Of a DNA stretch of 64,000 bases, positions 1-11,474 are shown piece after piece (the stretch's first letter is position 1; the number at the start of each line of letters is the position of its first letter). A model generated the notes under the pieces. The model did not search any database. It saw nothing but the letters and a program-made list of their open reading frames with translations, and was not told where the DNA came from. A program made the translations under genes and the position numbers. This DNA comes from an uncultured delta proteobacterium (GTDB taxonomy: Bacteria > Myxococcota_A > Polyangia > Fen-1088): NCBI GenBank assembly GCA_963767925.1, contig CAVYGB010000010.1:1184001-1248000 (forward strand), written 5' to 3'.

Positions 1-363
1 GCCGACCAGGACGTCGCGCCGGCGGCCCCCCTCGCTCAGGCGCATATGCCCGAAGTAGGGGCTCTTGCGGTCGATGGGCGGGCTCTCGCCCTTGCCGCGC
101 TGGCGGGCCAGGGCCTCGATCCGATGCATCTGCTCGAGCAGCGAGCCGTGGTCCTCGGGCTTGGCCTCGGCCAGGGCGTCGCGCAGCTCTATCATCGCGC
201 CCGCGTCGTCGACGGCGATCTTGGCGCGCTTCTGAGATGAATCAATCTTCTTGAGGACCACCCGCAAGAGGGCGAGCTCTTCCGCCACCACGGGCGGGGC
301 CTCCCCCTCGTCGGCGGCTCCTCCCCGCTCCTCGTCGGGCGAACGTTCGACTTCCTGCACCAC
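1..363 (-). CDS. 5' part of a HelD-like/UvrD-family helicase (runs off window start)
   Basis: Manual translation of the minus strand from GTG at 363 gives MVQEVERSPDEE...PPIDRKSPYFGHMRLSEGGRRRDVLVG, open to position 1. SPYFG-x-x-x-L...DVLxG is typical of HelD-like N-termini. Not in the ORF track because it has no stop in the window. Confidence 0.6.
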   Translation of the reverse strand, partial: MVQEVERSPDEERGGAADEGEAPPVVAEELALLRVVLKKIDSSQKRAKIAVDDAGAMIELRDALAEAKPEDHGSLLEQMHRIEALARQRGKGESPPIDRKSPYFGHMRLSEGGRRRDVLVG

Positions 364-441
364 GGAAAGGCGTTACTTTACACCAACGTTTTCACAACTC
401 CCAGGAGTCCCCCGGCAAAACCGTGCCGGTTCCGGAGGGGG

Positions 442-2898
442 TCACAAGGTGGGGGCCGGCGCGGCGGGACGGCGGCCGGGGCGCAGGCGGCGGGCCGTGG
501 CATGCAAGAGCTGCGGCAGGGTGCGGCCGGCTTCCTCCAGCCACTGGCGGGCCCGCACCACCCCGGCGTCGCGGTCGGCCATCGTCAACATCGAGAAGGC
601 CGCCTCCCGGACCAGCTTGCGGCAGAAGCTGTACGTGCTGCTGACCTGGCTGCCCCGGCTCAGGAAGTGGTTGGCCACCAGGGCCTCGAGCGTGTTGCCG
701 AGGGCGACCCGCCCCTTCAGCCCCAGCAGGGCCAGCACCGCCTCGAAGTCGAAGGAGTCGCCGCACAGGCTGGCCGCGCGCAGGACGCGCCGGGCTTCCG
801 GATCGAGGCGAACCAGGCGCGTCTCCACCACGCCGAGGACGGCGTCGGGCGCCAGCAGGGCCCCGTCGCGGAAGGAGGAGGCCAGCTCCATGAGGAAGAA
901 GGGGTTGCCCTCCCAGCGGTCGAAGACGTACTCCTCGGCCTCCGGCGAGACCCGGCCGGCGAAGCTGCGCAGCAGCTCCTGGCCGGTCGAGCGGGCCAGC
1001 GGCGGCAGGCTGAGCCGCTCGAGCTTGCTCTCGCGCCAGATCTCCTCCAGCTCGCGCTCGAGATCGGGGCGGGCGAAGCTGACCATGAGGATGGGGCGGC
1101 GGGGCAGCTCGCGCTGGGCCGCGGCCAGCAGCTCGAGGCTGGCCCGATCGGCCCACTGCAGGTCGTCGCACACGAACACGACCGGGTGGCGGGCAGGATG
1201 GGAGGAGAGCCACTCGGTGAGGGCGGCGGCGCCCGAGCCGGGGGTGGGGGTGACGAGCTTGCCGCCGGGAGGCGACAGCGGCAGGATCGGCCGCAGCAGC
1301 GCGCCGGGGACGTCGGTCTGGGACCGGCGCCCGCGCAAGAAATACACCGACCCCTTGCCGCGGCTGCGCACCTCGGCCACGAAGGCCCGGGCCAGGCGCG
1401 TCTTGCCCATGCCGGGCTCGGCCAGGCACAACACGCTGCGGGCCGAGCGGGCCGAGGCGCACTTGGCCAGCGCCTGCTCGAGAAAACCGAGCTCGTATTC
1501 GCGGCCGAGCAGGGCGGCCTGGTGCTCGGCGGGGGCCAGCTCGCTCATCTCGCCGGACTCGTCGAGGCGCAGCCAGGTGGGGGACAGCGGGGTGGTGGCC
1601 TCTCGCACCACCTGGGACGGGGGGAGCAGGCGGGCCACATTTTCGTGCAGGCGCACCCGCCCGAGCTCGGTGGTCCCCAGCGCCAGCAGGCGATCGACGA
1701 GCCCGCCGGCCGGTGTGCGGCCGGTCAGCGAGAGGTGGCCCAGGGCCATGCCCACGCAGCTCTGCGGCAGCTCGGCCAGCACGCGCACGGCCACCCGGAC
1801 CACGTCGGCGAGCTGATCGAGGGCCAGCGCGGGCGCGGCGGGCGTCAGCAGATAAGACCCGCCGGGCAGGCGCAGGCTGGAGAAGGACTCCCGCTCGGCC
1901 AGCTCCGACAGGGCGGTCTCCTCGGCGGGAGCCAGGCGCGGCCCGCCCACCCCCTGGCCGGCGACGAGCAGCCCGCAGGTCACGCGCTGCTCGGCGACGG
2001 TGAGGGCGGCCGGCGGCCGGGCGTCGTCGGGTGGCGCCGAGGCGGCCTCGTCGGCGGCGCCGAGGCGGGCGGCGATCTCGCGCAGGTGGTTGGCCAGATC
2101 GGCGGCGTTCTCCGGGCGCCGATCGCGGTCCTGCACCAGCATGCGATCGATGACCGCCCCCAGCTCCGGATCGAGCCCCGGACAGTGCTCCCAGACCCGG
2201 GGGACCGGGGTCAGGCAGACGTTGGTGAGCACCTCCTGCGGGTCCTTGCCGGAAAACGGGGTGCGGCCGGTCAGGCACTCGAACAGCACCGCGCCCACCG
2301 AGAAGATGTCGGCCCGCCCGTCGATGTCGACCTCGCCCCGCGCCTGCTCGGGCGCGGAGTAGTGGGGGGTCCCCACGGTGGAGCCCCGGCGGGTCAGCTC
2401 ACGGGCGCCCACCACCCGGCGCGCCACCCCGAAGTCGATGATGCGCACGTCGAACAGCCGCCAGCCGACAAGGAACACGTTGCTCGGCTTGATGTCCCGG
2501 TGGACCACCCCCCGGTCGTGGGCGGCGGCCAGCGCGTCGAGCACGCGCGCGCCGAGGTGGGCCACCCCGGCGGCGGGCAGCCGGCCGCGGGCCAGCCGCT
2601 GCTCGAGGGTCTCGCCCTCCAGCCACTCCATCGCGATGTAGGGATCCCCGTGGCTGGTGAGCCCGTGGGCGACGTAGCGGACGATGCCGGGGTGCCGGAG
2701 CTCTTGCAGCAGGGTCGCCTCCTCGCCGAAGCGGCCCACGTCGGACACGCTCTTGACGTTGAGGATCTTGACCGCGACGCTGCCCCCGGTCTGTTGATCG
2801 ATGGCCTGATAAACGATCCCCATCCCGCCCGCGCCGGCCTGAGCCTTCAGCTCGAAGCGGTCGGTGAGACCCATCCGCGGTACGGCGCGTTTCGCCAT
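442..2898 (-). CDS. Ser/Thr protein kinase fused to an AAA/STAND-type ATPase domain
   Basis: Kinase motifs GAGGMGIVY, VAVK, HRDIKPSN, DFG, GTPHYSAPE; P-loop EPGMGKT; Walker B VFVCDDLQWAD; GNPFFL motif. Confidence 0.9.
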   Translation of the reverse strand: MAKRAVPRMGLTDRFELKAQAGAGGMGIVYQAIDQQTGGSVAVKILNVKSVSDVGRFGEEATLLQELRHPGIVRYVAHGLTSHGDPYIAMEWLEGETLEQRLARGRLPAAGVAHLGARVLDALAAAHDRGVVHRDIKPSNVFLVGWRLFDVRIIDFGVARRVVGARELTRRGSTVGTPHYSAPEQARGEVDIDGRADIFSVGAVLFECLTGRTPFSGKDPQEVLTNVCLTPVPRVWEHCPGLDPELGAVIDRMLVQDRDRRPENAADLANHLREIAARLGAADEAASAPPDDARPPAALTVAEQRVTCGLLVAGQGVGGPRLAPAEETALSELAERESFSSLRLPGGSYLLTPAAPALALDQLADVVRVAVRVLAELPQSCVGMALGHLSLTGRTPAGGLVDRLLALGTTELGRVRLHENVARLLPPSQVVREATTPLSPTWLRLDESGEMSELAPAEHQAALLGREYELGFLEQALAKCASARSARSVLCLAEPGMGKTRLARAFVAEVRSRGKGSVYFLRGRRSQTDVPGALLRPILPLSPPGGKLVTPTPGSGAAALTEWLSSHPARHPVVFVCDDLQWADRASLELLAAAQRELPRRPILMVSFARPDLERELEEIWRESKLERLSLPPLARSTGQELLRSFAGRVSPEAEEYVFDRWEGNPFFLMELASSFRDGALLAPDAVLGVVETRLVRLDPEARRVLRAASLCGDSFDFEAVLALLGLKGRVALGNTLEALVANHFLSRGSQVSSTYSFCRKLVREAAFSMLTMADRDAGVVRARQWLEEAGRTLPQLLHATARRLRPGRRPAAPAPTL

Positions 2899-2981
2899 GG
2901 GACCGATGGATCGGCACCTAGCGGGGAACCTTTAAGGCTCCGCCGGGGAGCGCGGCGGGACGGGGGCAGATCAGGCTCGGT

Positions 2982-3917
2982 TCAGGGTTCGGCCTGGAAG
3001 AAGCGGATGGTGGGGCCCAGCGTGATCTCGAGGGGGCCCGGGCTGCGGTACAGGTCTCCGTCGATGGTGTAGATGCTCTCGCCCGCGTCGGGCTCGATGC
3101 GCATCGACGAGGCGAGCTCGCTGCGCGCCCGGGCGGGCGCGATGCCCCGGCCGCGGTGGACGGCCACCAGATCGCGGCTCAGCGACAGGGGCCCGGCGTG
3201 GATGGCGAGCACGCTGAAGCGATCGGCATGTTCGTCGGCCCGGTGGTTGAGCTTGAACCCCAGGCCCACCTCGCGCACGGTCGCCGCCCCGATGCCGGTG
3301 AAGCGGCGGTCCTGCAGCACGGCGCCGTCCACCGACACCGTCCCCTCGAACCGCCGGAAGATGTGGCTGGCGTAGGGCCCGCGCACCAGCGCCGAGGAGA
3401 AGGTGCGAAACAGCAGCCACATCGCCCGGCTGGGGCCGTAGTCGTCGGCCGCGTAATACTCCTCGAGGAAGTTGGCCATCAGCCCGTTGCCGAACACGAA
3501 CCCGTAGGTGTCGCCGATGCGCAGGCAGCGCCGGGACAAGGTGTGCAGGTCGGCCCGGGCGCGCACCGCCTCGCCCAGCTTGGCGGCGATGGCCTCGGGC
3601 CGGCCGAGGAGCTGCAGCGAGCTGGCAACCACGTTCATGGTCCCGCCCGGCAAGATGGCGATGGGCGGCAGGGGGCCGCCGCCCGAAGCGCGCAGGAGGG
3701 CCGAGACGCTCTTGTGCAGGGTCCCATCGCCCCCGTGGATGGCGATGGCGGCCGGCGGGGTCTTCGCCAGCTCGGCGGCGGCGTCGGCCAGCTCGGCCAG
3801 GCTGCCGGCGGCGATCACGCGGCCGTTGTTCCCCAGCGCCCCGCCCAGTCGCTTGACCATGCTCGGGTCGCGGCGGTTTGCACGCGAGTGGGGATTGAGC
3901 ACCAGGACGACCGACAA
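2982..3917 (-). CDS. diacylglycerol/sphingosine kinase family lipid kinase
   Basis: LNPHS, GGDGT, LPGGTMN and C-terminal YTIDGD motifs. Confidence 0.9.
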   Translation of the reverse strand: MSVVLVLNPHSRANRRDPSMVKRLGGALGNNGRVIAAGSLAELADAAAELAKTPPAAIAIHGGDGTLHKSVSALLRASGGGPLPPIAILPGGTMNVVASSLQLLGRPEAIAAKLGEAVRARADLHTLSRRCLRIGDTYGFVFGNGLMANFLEEYYAADDYGPSRAMWLLFRTFSSALVRGPYASHIFRRFEGTVSVDGAVLQDRRFTGIGAATVREVGLGFKLNHRADEHADRFSVLAIHAGPLSLSRDLVAVHRGRGIAPARARSELASSMRIEPDAGESIYTIDGDLYRSPGPLEITLGPTIRFFQAEP

Positions 3918-3999
3918 GCGCCAGCGACTTTAGCACCCTTCCCCGGTCGCGCGGGGCAACCACCCTCGGTTCGCGCTGGGGGTGGGAGGGGGCGGCCGG

Positions 4000-5091
4000 C
4001 TACCAGCTCGACCCGGCGCCGCCGCCGCCGGAGCGGCCGCCGCCGAAGGAGCCCCCGCTCGACGAGCCACCCCGGCCGGGGCCCGAGCTGGAGGACCGGG
4101 TCAGCCGGGAGGTGTGGCGCACGACCTGGCGGTGGTGGGGGCAGTGCCGGCAGGTCTCGGTCACCCGGACCTGGCCGCCGTGGTCGTAGGTCGCCGGGAT
4201 CAGCGTCTCGGACCGGGTCTGCCGGGCGCGGTAGTGGCAGGACGGGCAGCGGGTGAAGCCCGAGAACCAGCGCTTGCGGGCCACCGCGTGGCTGGCCTGG
4301 CACTGCCGGCAGATGTACACCCGGTGGTCGACCGAGCCGATGCGCTCCTCGGTCCGCTGGCCGGCGTCGAGGTGGGCGTCGTCCTCGACCTCGTCGAGCA
4401 GGCGCATCTCGATCTGGCAGGTGCGGCAGGTGCGCGCGCGCCGGCGGGCGGCGCGCAGGAGCAGGGGCAAGCCTACCCCCAGCAAGCCCAGGCCAGCCGC
4501 CCCACCGAAGAGGAGGTTGCGTTTGGCCCGCGGGGCGGACAGCAGAGCCTGCGCGCCCCCTGGCGCCGCCTCCCCGGCCCCCGGCCCGGTCGGCCCGCCC
4601 CGGCCCGAGCGGGCCTCGGCGGCGTTGGCCCGCAGCCGCTCGTCGAGGCGGGCCAGACCACTCTCGAGGCCGGTGGCGTAGTCGCCGGCGCGGAAGGCGG
4701 GGACCATGGCCTCGGCCTGCATCGCCGAGAGCCAGCCGTCGGGGACGATCGGCTCGAGGCCGTAGCCGGTCTCCATCTCCAGGCGGCGCTGGTCGAGCAC
4801 CAGCAGCACCAGCAGGCCGTTGTCCGCCCCGGCCTTGCCGATGCGCCAGCGCTCGAACAGCCGGGTAGCGAACTCCTTGGGAGGCAGGTCGATGCCGGTC
4901 ACCGTGACCAGCGCTATCTCGACGCCGAGATCGCGCTCGACGGCGTCGAGGCGGTGATCGATCCGGGCCTCGGTGGCGGGCGGCAGCAGGTTGGCCGTGT
5001 CGCTGACCCAGCTCCCCGCCGGCCGGGGGTTGGGTACGCCCTCGACGCCGAGGGCCGCGAGCAGCAGCAGGACCAGGGGAGGCGCTGTCAT
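4000..5091 (-). CDS. TPM domain (YgcG-like) membrane protein with C-terminal zinc ribbons
   Basis: VSDTANLL, WRIGKAGADNGLL, ETGYGLE; one TM helix; four CxxC pairs; Gly-rich tail SFGGGRSGGGGAGSSW. Confidence 0.9.
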   Translation of the reverse strand: MTAPPLVLLLLAALGVEGVPNPRPAGSWVSDTANLLPPATEARIDHRLDAVERDLGVEIALVTVTGIDLPPKEFATRLFERWRIGKAGADNGLLVLLVLDQRRLEMETGYGLEPIVPDGWLSAMQAEAMVPAFRAGDYATGLESGLARLDERLRANAAEARSGRGGPTGPGAGEAAPGGAQALLSAPRAKRNLLFGGAAGLGLLGVGLPLLLRAARRRARTCRTCQIEMRLLDEVEDDAHLDAGQRTEERIGSVDHRVYICRQCQASHAVARKRWFSGFTRCPSCHYRARQTRSETLIPATYDHGGQVRVTETCRHCPHHRQVVRHTSRLTRSSSSGPGRGGSSSGGSFGGGRSGGGGAGSSW

Positions 5092-5268
5092 CGGTGGATC
5101 ATCTTACGCCAGGCCCGCCGCAGGCGGCGGCGGAGGTCCGGAAACGGTAACCGGTAGGTTCGCCCTGCGTAACATCTGCGGCCCCGACGCGGCGGAGATC
5201 CAGGGGTATTGAACGTTTTTCAGTTGGCGCGGCCCTTGTACACAGGTCCGCGGACAAGGAGGCTTTTC

Positions 5269-5592
5269 ATGAACCAACCTACTTCCAAGCGTGTGTGGAG
5301 TCCCAAGAGCGCCCTGGCCATGTTTGCCCTCGCCCTGGCGGCCGGGCTGTGGACGCCGAGCTGTGGCGAGGCCGACAAGCTGTTCGACTGTCAGAGCGTC
5401 TGTAGCCGCTACCAGAGCTGCTTCAACAGCGGGTACGACGTGGCGAGCTGCCGCTCGAAGTGCAAGGACAGCGCCGACCGGGACATGGACTTCCAGCGCA
5501 AGGCGGACGACTGCGAGGCCTGCATCGACGATCGGTCGTGCAGCTCGGCCACCTTCGCCTGCACCGCTCGCTGCGCCGGCATCGTCCCCTAA
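5269..5592 (+). CDS. small Cys-rich lipoprotein
   Basis: AGGAGG RBS before ATG 5269; hydrophobic signal ending TPS-C; multiple paired Cys (CQSVCSRYQSC, CRSKC, CEAC, CTARC). Confidence 0.8.
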   Translation: MNQPTSKRVWSPKSALAMFALALAAGLWTPSCGEADKLFDCQSVCSRYQSCFNSGYDVASCRSKCKDSADRDMDFQRKADDCEACIDDRSCSSATFACTARCAGIVP

Positions 5593-5718
5593 CCCCTTCG
5601 GCTCAGCGCGACTGGAGACCGCCTACACGGCCGACCTGCCCCGTCTGCGGCCGTGTAGGCATTCACTCAGGTTTTGACGGGAGGCTTCCGATGTGAGGTG
5701 AGACCAACTGGTCCCGCC

Positions 5719-7608
5719 ATGGCAAACGACCCATCGGAGACCGCCCCCCGAGATCCCGACCGCTTCGCCGCCGTGCGCGGCTCGATCGGGGATCGGCCGG
5801 TGGCCCGCCTGCTCTACGATCTTTTCCGCAAGGGCGTGACCGGCTGTCTCACCGTCATCGACGACTCGGCCGACGAGAGCCGCCTCTACCTGCGCGACGG
5901 CGCGCCGGTCCACCTCGAGCGGCCCAACGACATCGATCGGCTCGACCAGGTGTTGATCGAGGCCGGCCTGGTGGCGCCCGAAATGCTGCGCGGCCTCTCG
6001 GCCACCTTGCCCCCCGGCCGGCGGCTCGGCGAGACCCTGGTGGAACGGGGCCTCATCTCGGCGCGCGCGCTGGCCGACGTGCTCAAGCTGCAGGTCCGCC
6101 GCAAGCTGCTGCGCCTGTTTTTCCCGCGCAAGGGGGAGTTCGCCGTGTACCTCGAGCCCCACCCCTTCGGCACCGGCGGTGAATACGGCGAGATGCGCAT
6201 CGATCCACGCTGCCTGATCTATCCGGGCATCCGCGCGGCCTACGACGAGCAGCGGCTGGAGGCCGAGCTGGCTCCGCTGCGCACGCTCCGCTTTCGCCTG
6301 CTGCCCACCCTCGCCTCGTCGATGCTCGAGGCGATGGGCTTCCCCGCCCACGACGCGACCCTGAAGGCCATCGCCGATCGGGCGATGTCGCTGGCCGAGC
6401 TGCCGGCGCCGGGCGCCATGCGGGTCGACTCGATGTCGGTGGTGATGGCCCTCCTCTACACCGACCTGCTGGAGACCGTACCCATCGTCGAGCACCGCCC
6501 CTCCGAGGCGGCCGCCCGGCCCGCGCCCCACTCCCCCGCCCCCGCGCCCCAGCCCGCGCCGGTCGAGGCGGCCCGCCCCGCTGCCCCGCCCCCCGCCAGC
6601 CGCGAGCCGGCCCGGCCGACCGAGTCCTCGCCCCGCACAACCGGCACCCACGCGGTTGTCAACCCGGCCACCAGCTCGAGCAGCCATCCGGCCGCGGGCG
6701 GCGCGCCCCCCCGGCCCGCGGGCCGCAGCACCGGCACGTACACCATCGCCGCCGGGATCCCGGTCCCCCCCGCCGCGGCCGCCGCGGCCGCCGAGTGGAA
6801 CCGGCCGCCCTCCAGCACCACGAACAACGCCACCCTGGGCGCGCGCATCACCGACCTCTTCGAGAAGCTCGGCACGGTCTCGCACTTCCAGCTCCTCGGG
6901 ATCCCCGAAAACGCCGCCCTGGCCGAGCTGGGCGCGGCCTACCTGCGCAACGTGCGCCTCTACCACCCGGACCGCCTGCCCGGCCTCGGGCTCGGCCACC
7001 TCACCGAGAAGGCCGCCCGCGTCGTCGCCCAGCTCAACGAGGCCCAGGCGGTCCTGGCCGACCCCAAGCGCCGGGCGGAATACCTGGCGGTCCGGGCCCG
7101 CCCCGCCAACTCGCCGATCATCGACTCGGGGCAGAGCATCCTGGCCGCCGAGCGCAGCTTCCAGACCGGCGAAAGCCTGCTGCGCAAGGGCGACTTCCTC
7201 CGCGCCGCCGACGCCTTCGCCGAGGCGATGCGGGCCAATCCGCTCGAGCCGATCTACAAGGCCTACTGGGCCTGGGCGCGCTGGGACAACCCCGGCCCCC
7301 ACAAGGACCGCCTCGTGCGCGAGACCCTGAAGATCCTCGACGACACGATGAAGGAGCGCCCCAGGTTCCCGCAGGGACTCTACTGGATGGGCCTGCTGCA
7401 CAAGCACCTCGGCGACCTCAGCAACGCCGCCACCGCCTTCCGGGCCGCCGTGGGCCAGGACGCGAACCTGCTCGACGCCGAGCGCGAGCTGCGCGTGATC
7501 GACCTGCGCAAGAAGGCCACCGCCGCCCACGCCGTCCCGGAGAAGCCCGGCGCCGCCAGCGCCGCCCGTCAAAAGGGCGGCGGGTTCAACAAGTTCCTGA
7601 AGCGGTAA
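5719..7608 (+). CDS. DUF4388-like / DnaJ / TPR multidomain protein
   Basis: N-terminal TGCLTV...LYLRDG...RLGETLVERG; Pro/Ala linker; J-domain HFQLLG...YHPDR; C-terminal TPR-like helices. Confidence 0.8.
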   Translation: MANDPSETAPRDPDRFAAVRGSIGDRPVARLLYDLFRKGVTGCLTVIDDSADESRLYLRDGAPVHLERPNDIDRLDQVLIEAGLVAPEMLRGLSATLPPGRRLGETLVERGLISARALADVLKLQVRRKLLRLFFPRKGEFAVYLEPHPFGTGGEYGEMRIDPRCLIYPGIRAAYDEQRLEAELAPLRTLRFRLLPTLASSMLEAMGFPAHDATLKAIADRAMSLAELPAPGAMRVDSMSVVMALLYTDLLETVPIVEHRPSEAAARPAPHSPAPAPQPAPVEAARPAAPPPASREPARPTESSPRTTGTHAVVNPATSSSSHPAAGGAPPRPAGRSTGTYTIAAGIPVPPAAAAAAAEWNRPPSSTTNNATLGARITDLFEKLGTVSHFQLLGIPENAALAELGAAYLRNVRLYHPDRLPGLGLGHLTEKAARVVAQLNEAQAVLADPKRRAEYLAVRARPANSPIIDSGQSILAAERSFQTGESLLRKGDFLRAADAFAEAMRANPLEPIYKAYWAWARWDNPGPHKDRLVRETLKILDDTMKERPRFPQGLYWMGLLHKHLGDLSNAATAFRAAVGQDANLLDAERELRVIDLRKKATAAHAVPEKPGAASAARQKGGGFNKFLKR

Positions 7609-7646
7609 GCAGACGGGGAAGAGGGGCGCTGCAGACAGCGCCAGGG

Positions 7647-7998
7647 CTATTCGTCGGCTTCAACTTCTTCGGCGCCGGCTGCTTCGCCCGCGCCGTTGCC
7701 GGCCTCGGCGCCCATCTTCGGGATACCAGCGCTCGAAGACCTCGTTGATCTGGCGGGCCTGCTTCTCGCTCGAGACGTTGAAGGAGGACTGCTTGCGGTA
7801 GGCGCCTTTCCACTTCTTGAAGCGGACGATGGAGATCTTGGGCGCCCGGAACTGGCCGTTGGCCTTGTTCAGCTCCTGGTAAAGAAACATCAGGGTGGCC
7901 CAGGTGCCCTTGGTGAGGACGACCTTGTCCAGCTCCTTGCGGACCAGCACGCCCTCGTCTTCGTAGTTGTACGTCAGTTCCTCGAGCGTCTCGGCCAT
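7647..7998 (-). CDS. conserved hypothetical protein, probable +1 indel near 7720
   Basis: MAETLEELTYNYEDEGVLVRKELDK...YRKQSSFN reads as a normal protein. Removing one base near 7720 replaces the Arg-rich tail with WYPKMGAEAGNGAGEAAGAEEVEADE ending at TAG 7647-7649. The ORF track stops at 7660. Confidence 0.75.
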
Positions 7999-8012
7999 GG
8001 ATCCCTATCCCT

Positions 8013-8387
8013 CTAAAGCGTTGCTGGGTTCTGTCTGATGAGGTGACTCAAGAAGGTGCTGATGGCCCGGCGGTCGCTCATGGCGAGCCGGGTGAACTCG
8101 ATGCCCATGCCGGGGGCCTGCCCCTTGACCCGGCCGCGCGACACGCGCACGACCCGGCCGGTGGCCTTGATGACGGGCCCCCCGGGCAAGGGGATCTCCA
8201 GGTGCAGGACCTCGCCGATCTCGAACAGGAGGGCCGACCGCAGGAAGGCGCCCCCCTCCGAGACGTCGAGCGAGTCGAGCCGGATGCCCCCGGCGACGCG
8301 GCTGCCGGCGGCGCGCACCGAGACGGCGATCTCGGCGGGCCGGCGGTCGAACTTTCGTTGATCGCGCTGGCCGGGAGCCCGCTTCAC
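8013..8387 (-). CDS. PilZ domain protein
   Basis: RKFDR (RxxxR) and DVSEGG (DxSxGG) c-di-GMP motifs; GMGIEF. Confidence 0.9.
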   Translation of the reverse strand: MKRAPGQRDQRKFDRRPAEIAVSVRAAGSRVAGGIRLDSLDVSEGGAFLRSALLFEIGEVLHLEIPLPGGPVIKATGRVVRVSRGRVKGQAPGMGIEFTRLAMSDRRAISTFLSHLIRQNPATL

Positions 8388-9316
8388 GGAACCAGCTCTA
8401 CCACCGAGGAGGACCGCACCTCGAGCGTGAGCCGGACCGATGCGCCGCCCGTGCCGATCTGGACGGCCTGACTCTCGCGCGCCACCGCCTCGATCGAGAC
8501 GGGCACCTTGAGGTCGGCCAGCCGGGCCAGCCAGGACACCGGGACCACCACCCGCTCACCCGCGCCATTTATCGCCTGGGGGACGCCGCTGCCCGGTTGG
8601 GGGACGAGCGGACAGGCCAGCGCCCAGGTCGCCCCGAAGGGCCGCAGCTCGACGAACAGGGCCAGCCCGGTGTGCTGGGCTGGACCGGTCACCGACAGCG
8701 AGAGGTCATTGGCGATGCTCACCTTCGAGGGCAGCAAGCCGGCCTCCACGGTGGCGATGCCGAGGCGGGGCATCGCCGGGATCGGGAAGCGGCCGATGGC
8801 GTCGCCGAGCGAGAGCACGGTGGGGAGGGTCTCGAGGTCGAGCGGGCCGGCCTCCGCCTCCGAGACGACGCCGCCGACCGAGGAAGCCAGGTTGGCGTAG
8901 ACCCGGGGGGTGGGCCGCAGGACCAAGCCCTCGCTGACGTCGAGGGTGTTTCCGACCGGCTGTCCCAGCTCGATGCTGAGGCCGCTGAGGGCGTCCAGCT
9001 CGACCTGGCCGCCCTGGGCGCCGAGGGCCCGGGCGGCACCGGCGACGTCGCGCAGGGCGCAGGCCCCCTCGGGCGGCTGCGTGACGAGCGCATCGATGGC
9101 GGCGAGGACCTCGTCGGGGCTGGCGCCGTTGACCGTGGCCCGGAAGGCGCGGACCGAGACCGACGGGCTGCCCCCGTTGGGGCCGTCCAGCCGGACGAAG
9201 ACCTCGGCGATACGCTGGCCGGTCTGGGCGGCCGCATCACGGCCTCTGGGCGTGGTGTCGCACGCGGCGCCCGTCACGACGGCGCACAGGACCAGAGTAT
9301 TTGCCCAGACGCGCAT
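8384..9316 (-). CDS. hypothetical lipoprotein
   Basis: MRVWANTLVLCAVVTGAA-C lipobox-like signal; stop overlaps the PilZ start (GTGA). Confidence 0.7.
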   Translation of the reverse strand: MRVWANTLVLCAVVTGAACDTTPRGRDAAAQTGQRIAEVFVRLDGPNGGSPSVSVRAFRATVNGASPDEVLAAIDALVTQPPEGACALRDVAGAARALGAQGGQVELDALSGLSIELGQPVGNTLDVSEGLVLRPTPRVYANLASSVGGVVSEAEAGPLDLETLPTVLSLGDAIGRFPIPAMPRLGIATVEAGLLPSKVSIANDLSLSVTGPAQHTGLALFVELRPFGATWALACPLVPQPGSGVPQAINGAGERVVVPVSWLARLADLKVPVSIEAVARESQAVQIGTGGASVRLTLEVRSSSVVELVP

Positions 9317-9370
9317 GGCAAGTTGGGTTCGGAGATCGCTTTTAGACGCAAGCGGGCAGGAACGCAACCC

Positions 9371-9376
9371 ATTATA
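9371..9376 (-). promoter_or_regulatory. candidate sigma70 -10 box (TATAAT) for the lipoprotein-pilZ-hypothetical operon
   Basis: Perfect TATAAT on the minus strand about 55 nt upstream of ATG 9316, rare in this GC background. The -35 at 17-nt spacing (TGGCCT) is weak. Confidence 0.4.
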
Positions 9377-9630
9377 CTGTCGGCTGCCAGACAAGGCCAG
9401 GGATCGGGTCACCGGCTGTCGCCTCCTCATTGAAACGCTTTCGCTGACCCGGCAAGAACGTCCAGTGTTGGGCCTTGTTCCAGGTTCGTTTCAGTGCTGG
9501 CCGCCACTGAGGTTTTTCCCGGGCGCGGCTCTCTCCGCGTCGCGCGCGCGGGCGCTTCCCCTGCGACCCACCGGGACTCACCTTTGGCGCCGGCACCGCT
9601 GCGAATGGTAAAAGACGGCGCTCGACCGTC

Positions 9631-9950
9631 ATGTCTCGAATAGATACAGGGCAAGTGCATGAGATCGCGCGGCTGGCGCGCCTGCGGCTGACCGACGACG
9701 AGGTGGCGCGCATGGCGCGCGAGCTCGACGCCATCCTCACCCACATCGAGGAGCTGCGCCAGATCGACACGAGCGCGGTCGAGCCGATGACCCACGCCGT
9801 CCCCTTCGACTGTCCGATGCGCGACGATCGGGTCGGCCCGATGCTCGAGGTCGACGAGGCGCTGGCGAACGCGCCCCGCCGCGAGGAGGGGTTCTTCGCG
9901 GTGCCGCGGGTGGTGCCCGACGCGAGCAAGCCGGGCGGGGACGACCTGCC

Positions 9951-9954
<4 letters not shown>
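9631..9954 (+). CDS. gatC: Asp/Glu-tRNA amidotransferase subunit C
   Basis: [12 protein letters not shown]...[11 protein letters not shown]...MRDD...ALANAP...FFAVPRV; first gene of gatCAB. Confidence 0.95.

Positions 9955-11470
<1,516 letters not shown>

Positions 11471-11474
<4 letters not shown>

Noticed and set aside
251..3072. Long plus-strand ORFs (521 and 856 aa), and similar antisense ORFs throughout the window
   Set aside because: They are antisense to motif-bearing genes; stop codons are scarce at this GC content.
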